From Nanobdellota archaeon (lineage in GTDB: Archaea; Nanobdellota; Nanobdellia; Woesearchaeales; UBA11576), in the NCBI GenBank assembly GCA_042576705.1, contig JBHPEY010000003.1:3438-67437 (forward strand): a DNA stretch of 64,000 bases, in the 5' to 3' direction. Below the pieces are notes generated by a model that had not been told where the DNA came from, searched no databases, and was given only the letters and a program-made list of their open reading frames with translations. Shown in pieces: positions 40,776-49,996 of the stretch (the first letter of the stretch is position 1; the number at the start of each line of letters is the position of its first letter). The position numbers were made by a program, and so were the translations under genes.

Positions 40776-42749
40776 ATGTTCAAGTTCTTAAAAGAGAAAC
40801 TGAAGAAGGCTGTATCTAAATTCTCCAGGGATGTAGAGGAAGAGGCAGAGGACATAGAGGCTCCTGTCGAGGCACTGGAAGAGGTGCCTGAGGACAAGCC
40901 TAAGCCTAAGAAGAAACCTGAGGCTGAGAAGCCTGAGGAGGATAAGGTTGAGGAAGAGGTGGAGCCTGAGGAGATAGAGGCACCTGTAGACGAGAAAGAG
41001 GAAGAGAAGGAAGAGGTTGAAGAGCCTGAGGAGAAAGAAGAGGTTGAGGAAGAGCCTGAGGCTGAAGAGGAGAAGGAAGAGACACCTGTTCTTGAACTAC
41101 CTGAGGAAGAGCTGAGCCCTGCGCTGGTCGGGCTCAAGGAGACACTTGATGCTTATTCTGACGAGGATATCGATTCATTGATGAACATACTTGGTTTTGA
41201 TGTTGATGCAAAAGGTAAGGCACGCGACGACAAGATCAATGACATACTTTCTAAACCTATCTTTGAGGTCAGTTCTGCCTTTGACAAGCTGGAGTCGATC
41301 CTGGCTGATCCAGAGGGAAAGGAAGAGCCTGAGGTTGTCGAGGAGCCTGAGGAGCCTGAGGAGCCTGAGCCTGAGGAGCCTGTCGAGGATACCAGCATCA
41401 AGGAGACAAAGGAAGAGCAGGCCATCAAGGAGCAGGACGAGGAACTCGAGGATCTCGACGAGAAGAAGGAAGAGGTCGAGGAGGATCTTGAGGAGGAGGA
41501 CAAGGAGATCGGCCCGCCTGAGGAGTATGAAGAACCTGAGGAGAAAGAAGAGAAGAAAGGCGGGTTCCTGAAGAAGATATTCGGCTTCGGAAAGAAGAAA
41601 GAGGAAGAGCCTGAAGAGAAAGAAGAGGTTGAGGAAGAGCCTGAGCCTGAGGAGACCGTCGAGGAGATAGAGGAAGAAGGCAGAGAGGACGAGGCAAAAG
41701 AAGAGGCTGAAGAAGAGAAAGAGGAAGAGGTCCTTGAAGAGGTCGAGAGAGAAGAGAAGGAACTTGAAGAGCCTGAGGAGAAGGAAGAGGTTGAGGAAGG
41801 GCCTGAAGAGGTTGAAGAGCCTGAGGAGAAAGAAGAGGTCGAGGAAGAGCCTGAGGATAAGAAAGGATTCTTCGGAAGGCTGAAGGAAGGGTTCGGGCTC
41901 AAGAAGCTATCAGAATCAAAATTCGAGGACATATTCTTCGAGCTTGAGATCGCGCTGCTGGAGAACAACGTGGCAGTCGAGGTCATCGAGAAGATCAAGG
42001 CAGACCTCAAGGAGAGGCTCGTCGACAAGAAGATCAAGCGGTCAGAGATTGAGGAGATAGTCCTGGACTCGCTGGTCAAGAGCCTTGACCAGATACTCAG
42101 CATAGAGCAGGTTGATGTGCTTGATAGGATTAAGAAGAAAGAAGGGGACAGGCCTTTTGTGATCACGTTTGTCGGCATCAACGGCTCCGGCAAGACCACT
42201 ACTATAGCCAAGATGGCAAAGTATTTCATGGACAATGACCTTAAGACCGTGCTTGTCGCTTCAGACACGTTCAGGGCAGCGGCGATACAGCAGCTTGAGG
42301 AGCATGCCAACAATCTCGGGGTCAAGGTGATAAAGCATGATTATGGAAGCGATCCTGCAGCAGTCGCTTTTGATGGCATCAAGTATGCAGAGTCCAAGGG
42401 GATCGATGTCGTGCTGATTGATACTGCAGGACGTCTGCATTCCAACATCAATCTCATGGATGAGATGAAGAAGATAATGAGGATAGCTAACCCTGACATG
42501 AAGATATTTGTGGGTGAGTCTATCACCGGGAATGACTGCATCGAGCAGGCGCAGAAGTTCAATGATGCTGTTGATATCGATGGTATTGTGTTGTCTAAGG
42601 CTGATGTTGATGAGAAAGGAGGGGCGGCGCTTTCTGTGTCTTATGTGACTGGCAAGCCTATACTGTTCATCGGGACAGGACAGACGTATGACAGCCTGCA
42701 GAGGTTTGATAAAGGGGTTGTGCTGGAGAATCTTGGGCTTTCTGAGTGA
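40776..42749 (+). CDS. ftsY: SRP receptor FtsY with long acidic N-terminal region
   Basis: GINGSGKTT, DTFRAAA, DTAGR, SKAD...KGG. Confidence 0.96.
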   Translation: MFKFLKEKLKKAVSKFSRDVEEEAEDIEAPVEALEEVPEDKPKPKKKPEAEKPEEDKVEEEVEPEEIEAPVDEKEEEKEEVEEPEEKEEVEEEPEAEEEKEETPVLELPEEELSPALVGLKETLDAYSDEDIDSLMNILGFDVDAKGKARDDKINDILSKPIFEVSSAFDKLESILADPEGKEEPEVVEEPEEPEEPEPEEPVEDTSIKETKEEQAIKEQDEELEDLDEKKEEVEEDLEEEDKEIGPPEEYEEPEEKEEKKGGFLKKIFGFGKKKEEEPEEKEEVEEEPEPEETVEEIEEEGREDEAKEEAEEEKEEEVLEEVEREEKELEEPEEKEEVEEGPEEVEEPEEKEEVEEEPEDKKGFFGRLKEGFGLKKLSESKFEDIFFELEIALLENNVAVEVIEKIKADLKERLVDKKIKRSEIEEIVLDSLVKSLDQILSIEQVDVLDRIKKKEGDRPFVITFVGINGSGKTTTIAKMAKYFMDNDLKTVLVASDTFRAAAIQQLEEHANNLGVKVIKHDYGSDPAAVAFDGIKYAESKGIDVVLIDTAGRLHSNINLMDEMKKIMRIANPDMKIFVGESITGNDCIEQAQKFNDAVDIDGIVLSKADVDEKGGAALSVSYVTGKPILFIGTGQTYDSLQRFDKGVVLENLGLSE

Positions 42750-42919
42750 TTTTGAGAGGCACAGACGGTCTCAGCAGCAAAACTTTCATGGCGGCAACTG
42801 ACGCTAATCTGTCTAGAACAGCTCTCTAATGCCTTAGATTTGTATTCTATGCTATCAAAACCTTTAAATACGCTCAGGGGTTGTGTGTCGGGTATTAACC
42901 TTTAAAGGAGGATGGTCAT

Positions 42920-43279
42920 ATGGCTAAAAAGAAAAAGGCAGCAAAGGTTGCTCCTAAGTCGAGTTCCAAAGAGGTGGATGATGGAAAGGCATTCGCTTTC
43001 CTCGGCGTGTTCTTGGGAATAATCGGCTTCATCATTGTCCTGCTGGCAAAGAAGGACAATAAGTATGCGATGTTCTATGCAAAGCAGGGGCTTGTGTTGA
43101 CAATAGCGTGGGTGATCCTGTGGGTCATCGGTATCATTCCAGTGCTTGGTTGGATAATAAGCTTCCTTGGAAGTATACTGCTGTTGGTGCTCTGGATCAT
43201 CGGCTGGGTGTATGCTCTCGGCGGAACTGAAAAAGAAATACCATTAATTGGCCAATTCGCTGAAAAAATCAACATTTAA
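42920..43279 (+). CDS. DUF4870/Tic20-like membrane protein
   Basis: F.AKQGL, IPVLG, IPLIG; AGGAGG SD. Confidence 0.8.
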   Translation: MAKKKKAAKVAPKSSSKEVDDGKAFAFLGVFLGIIGFIIVLLAKKDNKYAMFYAKQGLVLTIAWVILWVIGIIPVLGWIISFLGSILLLVLWIIGWVYALGGTEKEIPLIGQFAEKINI

Positions 43280-43562
43280 GCGTTTTTTGTTAATTTTTTA
43301 TTCTTTAATTTTATATATGATGCTGACTTCTATACTTCTGGGAAGTATGTTGAGCTATGCTTCGAGGGCAGAATCCAGTTCTGACCCTGTTGTTTACTCT
43401 TAATCACTTCTCAGTGATTAAAACCGTAAATTTTATATATCTGAGGTCATTGTTTATGATAGTTTCAGGGAACAACAAGGGGAAGCAAAAGGGAGCGATT
43501 ATTGAGTCATACTGTTCTATGCAGTGACTGATGAGCTTGAAATAAGACCAATAGGTGGTAAG

Positions 43563-46500
43563 ATGTCTGAAGGAAATGATGATACAAAGGTTGTTTGGGA
43601 CCAGGAAGCTATCAAGAGATGGGCCTGGCGCGTGCGAGAGATGTGGGCACAGCATCTCGGATCTAAAAGACTTCCTGATTCTGCTCTACCTGAAGCAGTG
43701 CTGAAGCATGCTTCAAAGATTGATTCTAAGGCCCCTTCGTGGAAACATGTACGTGCGGCTTATGGAGGCATAGCCCCTCTGGTACAAGCTGTTGAGGAGA
43801 AATACAACCGATGGAATGAAGACGAATGCGCTGTCTGGGGCTGGACGCTCAGGGAGCAGCTTTCCCAGGAGAGGGTGGCGAGAGGTGAAGAGACTTGTTC
43901 ACTTACAATCACAGATATTGTCAATGGCCTGCGGCAGGATGAGGATGCGCCTCTTCCTGAGACACTTGCCAGAGTGTATGGTAGTGATGTGCAAAGCATG
44001 ATCGATACTGTCGAACAGTTCTATGGATTGTCAAAAGGACGTAGTGCAGCACAGGCTGAAGAGGATGCGTTTGAGACAAAAGCTACTGCTGCTTTCGAAA
44101 GGCTCGACGAGGACAGAGATACAGATGTACTTGCAGACTCTCCTCCGGAAGAGAAGACACAACCGCTTTCTATGATTGCAAGCGCTATACAGGATCCTGA
44201 CGAGAGATACCAGGCTGCCAAGAGTGTCTGGAGAAAAGGCGGCAAGGTCATCGGTTCGGAACAGGAATTGGCCGAGCTTGAGATACATGATTCACTGCAG
44301 ACACCTGCAGAGGCGCATGATGAGAAAGTCGTCACTCTTGTAAATGATTTCATCTACTTACGGCAGCAGAGGGATGGGCCGCTCACTGAAGAGGATATTG
44401 AAACACACCTCGGTTCACTCAATGCATTCAATGCAGTATTCCACAGTCTCAACCGTGCTGAAGATGCTTACCAGATGGGTCAGAGGCACAGGGAACAGGT
44501 CACTGAAAGGAAGAGGATAATGGGGAGGGTACAGCTAGAAGAGCGAGAAGTACCGTCGGAACAGCCGAAACGGTTGAGAAAGATAAAGAACACACTGCAG
44601 GGAATGACTTCAGAGTATTCCTTTACATCCAGAGATCAGATACAGCATATACAGCAGGACTCGGCTGAAGGAGCAAAGGGGACCACGCTTGAGGGTGTGG
44701 GGCCGGAGCAGCAGTCAGAGTCACATCCAATACTTATGGGGATTGAACCTGAGCAAGCTCTTGCAAGACCAGAGCCTGGTGAGCTTGATGGTATTCCACA
44801 GACAGTCGTAGGCATGGGTCACGGAGAGCTGCGTGATATTCCAAAGACAACCCCTGGCTTTGGTGCAGAAAGCATAGAGGACGCGAATGACCTCAGAGTA
44901 TCAGGCGGGCCTAATCATGATGATGGGGCCTACAACACAAATCTCGCAAGTGCGCGGTCGATGAAGACTGCGGAGGATGTACGTGGGATCGCAAGGGAAC
45001 TTGGCTATACAGATGTTGAGGTCGGTGGTGAAGGCCCTGATGAATCTGAAGAGCATGAGGCCATAACGCACCCTGGCGGGAAGTTGCCAGGACTGGTGTC
45101 CGACGACGCTACAGAGGAACCTGCAGATGAAGATTATGAGTATACACCGGTCACCCTTCCGCAGGATGACCAGCCTGTCTTTGGCCAGTTTCAGGATGCA
45201 TTCCAGAAGCTGAGCGAAAAGGATCAGGAGGCTATCCTGGATGCTGCTTTGCAGAATGGCAAGGGTCATGCAGATGAGCCTACATTGGAAGACCAGATGC
45301 ATGAAGGGGATAATACAGAAGACATCACGGTCAAGAGACAGTATACTGCAGGTACATCTGAACCGGAATCTGTCGAACCTACAGGTCGTGTTGGTTCGGA
45401 AAGTGATGATACTGAGTTTGATGCCAACCCTGACACAAATGTGCCTTTTGAGCCGAGGCATGTACAGTCTTTTTTACAGCACTCTATCGATCAGATGAAG
45501 GAACACGCAGAACAAGGAGAGGGTCCCGAAGCGCAGGATGCATCACTTGATGCCCCGCAGAGTATGGGTACTGAAGTGGTTGGTGAGGAGCCTGTCACTG
45601 AACAGAGCGTGAACCGCAGGTTTGATCTCTCTGCGACTGGCCATACAGAAGAAGTTCCTTTTGACCAGCTTGCCCAGGCGAAACAGGGATATGCAGGCGA
45701 TATACCTGAGAGTGAGCTTGCAACAAAGAGTGATGTCATCTCTTCTGATCCTAGCGGTCCAACAGAGACCTCAGGCACCATCAACATATCAAAGCAATCC
45801 GCTGACCCTGGTGACAAGTCCATAGAGGCTAAGGTCGCGCAGGAACCCGCTGCAGAGAATGGCGGTGAGAGGGAGCGGAGCCCTACGCCCATGTCCGGGC
45901 AGGTATATGATCCTATGAAGCCTTCAGACACTGTGAAGCGGGCCATGCAGAGACAGATAGATGAGCTCAACAAGAGAGAGGCACAGGGGAAGACTGTCAA
46001 GAAAGAGAAGAAGTCCTGGAGCAGAAGCAAGAAGATGGTGGCAGCAGTCGCTGCTGGTGTCGGCGTCTTTGCTTTAGGCGGTGCAATCCTTTACTCTTCC
46101 TTCACGACACCTGACAAGGATATCTCCAACATGGTGGCTGCAAGCAATCAGTATGGAGTTATCGCTTCATTTGATGCTGGAACAAGAAGCATCGATGCTG
46201 CTGTTGACGCAATCGGTGCGGTTGCATATTCTAGTGATGCTGGAGAGGGAATGCAGACACCTGCAGTCGCTACAGCGTCTGCGGAAGAACCTGAGCCTAA
46301 GGTCGATAAGGCCGAGCCTAAAATACCGGGCATGCATCCGGAGAGGGCATGTAATCTCAGGCTTCAGATGGGATTTGATGATGTAAAGTATTCGAGTGCA
46401 AGTGCTGAGCAAGACCTTGAGGATTATGTCAGTTCCATGCTCAAGTCGGGCAAGAGGAAATTCAAGGTTTTTGGCACGGCAAGCATCGAGGATGCGAATG

Positions 46501-48335
46501 ACCTCAAGGTGTCAGGCGGGCCCCATCATGATGATGGAGACTACAACACCAAGCTCGCAGAGCAGCGGGCGATGAAGACTGTGGAGGACATACGCAGTAT
46601 CGCAAGGAACCTCGGCTATACAGACGTTGAGGTCGATGGTGAAGGCTGGTCAGAGAAGGATCTCTGGGCAAAGGGCAAAGATCCGCGAAGCCTTGCGCAG
46701 AACAGGGGTGTGTTTGTATCGACTGACTGGGTGCTGGATCCTGACCTTGAGGAAACTATCAGGGATGTGGTCGAGGACTATTCGTTCGGCGAGATGAACG
46801 GTGAGAGCTGTCCAGACGGAACAGGTGACGGCAGCAAAGGAAGCATGAACCAGCAGGATAATGCGCCTGATGATAATTTCATGCCTGATATTGATGATTC
46901 AGATGATGATTCATCTGACGGGACAGAGGCATATGCAGACAATTCAGATTCAATAGACCACCTTACAGGGATACAGAGGACTGTGGTGCATGACCGCATG
47001 GGCAAGTACCTCGATGGGGCAATCACCTGGTTTGAGCTGCGTGAAGATGTCGCGGAGTATGGAGTCCCGTATATTACAGGCGAAGAGGCATTGCAGGTCC
47101 ATGAGCTGCTCTCTGACGGAGTGGAAGCTACAGATAAGGTTGATTATGCTGTGCTCTCTTCGGGTTTCGTTGAGGGTGCCTGGTCAGATGAGGTGCTGAT
47201 GACCGAGGTTGCACCTGGCTATGCTTCAGAGAGGTTGGTCGGTAAGATACTGGAACAGGTGGAGAATCAGCAGTGTTCAAACGATACTGATGATGATGTC
47301 CTGTTCACACTCGACAAGTACGAGCAGCTGAAGACAGATAAAGCTCTCGCAGAAGCTGATGCTGATGATCCTGATGAGGAGATACCCAGCCTTCTGTATG
47401 AGGTCTCTGATGATACTGTGCTGTCTGCAGGGTTTGTTGATAATTCCCAGTCGGATCAAGAGGAAGCGATAATCGCTGAACTTCTGCCGGCCTATGCTGC
47501 AGATAAGTGCGTTGAAAACCTGAGGGCAGAGGCTGACAGCCAGCAGTCTTCAGATGCTGGTGATTCCGGCAAGGGGTCCGGCCTTTTGTATGTGGTTTCG
47601 GATGATACTGTGTTGTCTTCAGGGTTTATTGAGGATGCTCCGTCGGATGAAGAGTTGGTTGATGAGGTCCTGCCAGGGTATGCGCTACATAGGCGTGTTG
47701 AGAACAGAAGGCAGGATGAGAACCGCCGGGCTTCGGAAGTCATTGAGGATCTTACCAAAGACTTTGATGAGGCTAACCCTGATGCTTGTGCGACCCGGTC
47801 AGCGCTTTCCCTGCTCCAGTCCGAAGACACAGAACCAGATGATTACAATGTCGAGGGTAATGGCGATCCAGAGTATGACTCTGCCAAGGTAGCTGCTGAG
47901 GTCAAGGAAATGCAGAAGCAAGAGAAGGAAAGGGCACAGGATGTACTCGCCGATATCTTGTCAGATGTTGATAGAGAGTGTGCCAAGAGCGAGGCAGAGC
48001 GTGATTATATACCTCAGTATGGTGTTTTTGAGATAGATGCTCTCGGTGAGCTGCACTATGACTATGCAGAGTTCGAGGATGTCGACAGGATGGCAAGGAT
48101 CCATGGCATAGATAACTTCGGCAAGACAGTCCCCAAGCATGATTTCGCAAGATGGGCTACGATAGTTGAGCTCAGCAAGATGGATGATTGCGAGTGCGAT
48201 GAAGTGGGTGGGGCACTCTATGGGCTGAAAGAGATTGCGCAGAACCAGGATGTTGTTGCGCTTGAGAGGCCTGAGTCCAAGCCTAATCCTGAGCCAGAAG
48301 GCGCAGCACTTGAAGATTATCTCATGGCTGCATAA
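43563..48335 (+). CDS. Giant acidic single-pass membrane protein with OmpA-like segment and internal repeats
   Basis: About 1590-aa ORF; TM near 46035-46100; 165-bp duplication 44871-45035/46482-46646. Confidence 0.85.
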   Translation: MSEGNDDTKVVWDQEAIKRWAWRVREMWAQHLGSKRLPDSALPEAVLKHASKIDSKAPSWKHVRAAYGGIAPLVQAVEEKYNRWNEDECAVWGWTLREQLSQERVARGEETCSLTITDIVNGLRQDEDAPLPETLARVYGSDVQSMIDTVEQFYGLSKGRSAAQAEEDAFETKATAAFERLDEDRDTDVLADSPPEEKTQPLSMIASAIQDPDERYQAAKSVWRKGGKVIGSEQELAELEIHDSLQTPAEAHDEKVVTLVNDFIYLRQQRDGPLTEEDIETHLGSLNAFNAVFHSLNRAEDAYQMGQRHREQVTERKRIMGRVQLEEREVPSEQPKRLRKIKNTLQGMTSEYSFTSRDQIQHIQQDSAEGAKGTTLEGVGPEQQSESHPILMGIEPEQALARPEPGELDGIPQTVVGMGHGELRDIPKTTPGFGAESIEDANDLRVSGGPNHDDGAYNTNLASARSMKTAEDVRGIARELGYTDVEVGGEGPDESEEHEAITHPGGKLPGLVSDDATEEPADEDYEYTPVTLPQDDQPVFGQFQDAFQKLSEKDQEAILDAALQNGKGHADEPTLEDQMHEGDNTEDITVKRQYTAGTSEPESVEPTGRVGSESDDTEFDANPDTNVPFEPRHVQSFLQHSIDQMKEHAEQGEGPEAQDASLDAPQSMGTEVVGEEPVTEQSVNRRFDLSATGHTEEVPFDQLAQAKQGYAGDIPESELATKSDVISSDPSGPTETSGTINISKQSADPGDKSIEAKVAQEPAAENGGERERSPTPMSGQVYDPMKPSDTVKRAMQRQIDELNKREAQGKTVKKEKKSWSRSKKMVAAVAAGVGVFALGGAILYSSFTTPDKDISNMVAASNQYGVIASFDAGTRSIDAAVDAIGAVAYSSDAGEGMQTPAVATASAEEPEPKVDKAEPKIPGMHPERACNLRLQMGFDDVKYSSASAEQDLEDYVSSMLKSGKRKFKVFGTASIEDANDLKVSGGPHHDDGDYNTKLAEQRAMKTVEDIRSIARNLGYTDVEVDGEGWSEKDLWAKGKDPRSLAQNRGVFVSTDWVLDPDLEETIRDVVEDYSFGEMNGESCPDGTGDGSKGSMNQQDNAPDDNFMPDIDDSDDDSSDGTEAYADNSDSIDHLTGIQRTVVHDRMGKYLDGAITWFELREDVAEYGVPYITGEEALQVHELLSDGVEATDKVDYAVLSSGFVEGAWSDEVLMTEVAPGYASERLVGKILEQVENQQCSNDTDDDVLFTLDKYEQLKTDKALAEADADDPDEEIPSLLYEVSDDTVLSAGFVDNSQSDQEEAIIAELLPAYAADKCVENLRAEADSQQSSDAGDSGKGSGLLYVVSDDTVLSSGFIEDAPSDEELVDEVLPGYALHRRVENRRQDENRRASEVIEDLTKDFDEANPDACATRSALSLLQSEDTEPDDYNVEGNGDPEYDSAKVAAEVKEMQKQEKERAQDVLADILSDVDRECAKSEAERDYIPQYGVFEIDALGELHYDYAEFEDVDRMARIHGIDNFGKTVPKHDFARWATIVELSKMDDCECDEVGGALYGLKEIAQNQDVVALERPESKPNPEPEGAALEDYLMAA

Positions 48336-48348
48336 TCATTTATTTTTC

Positions 48349-49014
48349 TTATTCAAATTCTATCTTTCCGTCGTGATAGACACCTTTATGCAGGTCTACA
48401 GGGCGCCAGGTGTCATGGACTAGCTTTGCGTCTAGCCATTCTGCGAGCTCGTCCTCATTCCCTATCGTCGCGCTGAGCCCTATGAACTGGACGTCTTTCA
48501 GGATCTGCTTAAGGATTGTTATGAGTATCTCCAGGGTGGGCCCCCTGCCAGGGTCATTCAGGAGGTGGATCTCGTCCACTATGACAACACTTATGTCCTT
48601 GAGCCAGGATGCATGGTGCCTTGTGAGTGAGTCTAATTTTTCTGAGGTTGTTATTATGAGGTCATAGGTGTGAAGATGCGGGTCAGATGCGTCTAGATCT
48701 CCTATCGACATGCCTATCTTGATGTGTTTTTCATATTTCTTCTTGAAATCTTTGTATTTCTCTGTGGCCAATGCCTTGAGAGGTACTATGTAGACGGCTT
48801 TTCCTTTCTGGTTGAGGATAGCGTTCATGAAGGCAAGTTCTGCTACCAGGGTCTTGCCGCTGGCTGTCGGGGTGCAGACGAGGAGGGATTTTCCTTCGAG
48901 AAGTCCGGTTTTTATTGATTTCTCCTGGCTGCGCCTGAGTTCGGATATGCCTGCGGTCTCAAGTGCTGTGTATAACTCTTCCGGAATCTTTTCTTTTATG
49001 TCGCTCAGTTGCAT
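48349..49014 (-). CDS. Ski2/Hel308-like helicase, RecA1 domain only
   Basis: PTASGKT, VPLKALA, TSEKLD, DEIH, LSAT, WRPV.L; stops after 221 aa. Confidence 0.85.
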   Translation of the reverse strand: MQLSDIKEKIPEELYTALETAGISELRRSQEKSIKTGLLEGKSLLVCTPTASGKTLVAELAFMNAILNQKGKAVYIVPLKALATEKYKDFKKKYEKHIKIGMSIGDLDASDPHLHTYDLIITTSEKLDSLTRHHASWLKDISVVIVDEIHLLNDPGRGPTLEILITILKQILKDVQFIGLSATIGNEDELAEWLDAKLVHDTWRPVDLHKGVYHDGKIEFE

Positions 49015-49102
49015 ACAGGGAAAAAAGTCAGTGGTGGTTAAATATATTGTGGTTGTCGTGCAAGAAAAGATTTATAAGCAGGGTGTAATTCTTTTTTTTG
49101 GC

Positions 49103-49417
49103 ATGACATGCAAACCATCAGGCATATACCAGGATAAATTCGCCTGCTTCAGGTGCAGGAAGGTATTCAAGAAGGATCTCAATAGGGAATACTATCAGAA
49201 TATCCGTAAGCTCACCGGTTCTAACATAAAGAACAAGTGGGGCAAGATGAAACGATTCATGAGCGAGAACAAGCGTATCGAAACCACTTCCTGTCCTGGC
49301 TGCGGTGGAAAGATGACCATAGTGAGCACTGGATTCGAGGCTCCGAAAAAGAATGATGTGAAGGCCTGGAAAGATGCTGAGAAGATCTGCAGGTCTGGCG
49401 AGCCTTACAAACGCTGA
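49103..49417 (+). CDS. Zinc-ribbon hypothetical protein
   Basis: ACFRCRK.FK...CPGCGG.M....F.APKK.D.K.W. Confidence 0.72.
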   Translation: MTCKPSGIYQDKFACFRCRKVFKKDLNREYYQNIRKLTGSNIKNKWGKMKRFMSENKRIETTSCPGCGGKMTIVSTGFEAPKKNDVKAWKDAEKICRSGEPYKR

Positions 49418-49434
49418 ATAAGAATTATCTAGGA

Positions 49435-49920
49435 CTAACTGTTTCTGGCCCAGGGTGCTATCATCTCTTTCTCTTCGTACTGGTGGAAGCTGACCATGAG
49501 TCCGAGGCTCTTGTTTGTATTCTTGACACGCCTGACAGCAGATATCACGTCTTGTTCGGTCGGTCTTGCAGAGGTGCTATACATGCCGTCCTTATGTTCT
49601 ACATTGTTGTCTTCTGCCATCTGTACTGCCAGGGTCTCATATTCCGGCCCGTATTCTTCTATAGGTGTTCCCCTTACACGGATATCTGTCACAGAACTGT
49701 CGAACCAATAGTTGAACAGCACTTCAACACCGTCTGCTGAGAGCTGCGCTTCCCTGTAGAGCTCTTTGTTGTTTTTCCTGAATCTTGAGAACAATCCTTT
49801 TGGCTGATAACCGGGGGACTCCTGTGCCAGTGCAAGAAAATTGTCTGTGTCTATCTCACCTTCTGCCTTGAGAGCCCTTGCAAGGTCATCCAGTGTCATG
49901 TTTTCATCTATCAGTTCCAT
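49435..49920 (-). CDS. Hypothetical protein
   Basis: Coding-like ORF, no recognised motif. Confidence 0.65.
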   Translation of the reverse strand: MELIDENMTLDDLARALKAEGEIDTDNFLALAQESPGYQPKGLFSRFRKNNKELYREAQLSADGVEVLFNYWFDSSVTDIRVRGTPIEEYGPEYETLAVQMAEDNNVEHKDGMYSTSARPTEQDVISAVRRVKNTNKSLGLMVSFHQYEEKEMIAPWARNS

Positions 49921-49996
49921 GGTGTATGAGAAGCAGGTATCACTTAAAAAGCTTGTGCACAGGAAGTTTACAGAAGATTATCTGACATGGTGCTGT

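Noticed and set aside
41153..42325. 390-aa Ser-rich antisense ORF (also 40508-41137)
   Set aside because: Shadow of Glu-rich GAG/GAA codons in ftsY.
44871..46646. 165-bp duplication as a DGR TR/VR pair
   Set aside because: Differences include many C/T and synonymous changes and are not confined to adenines.
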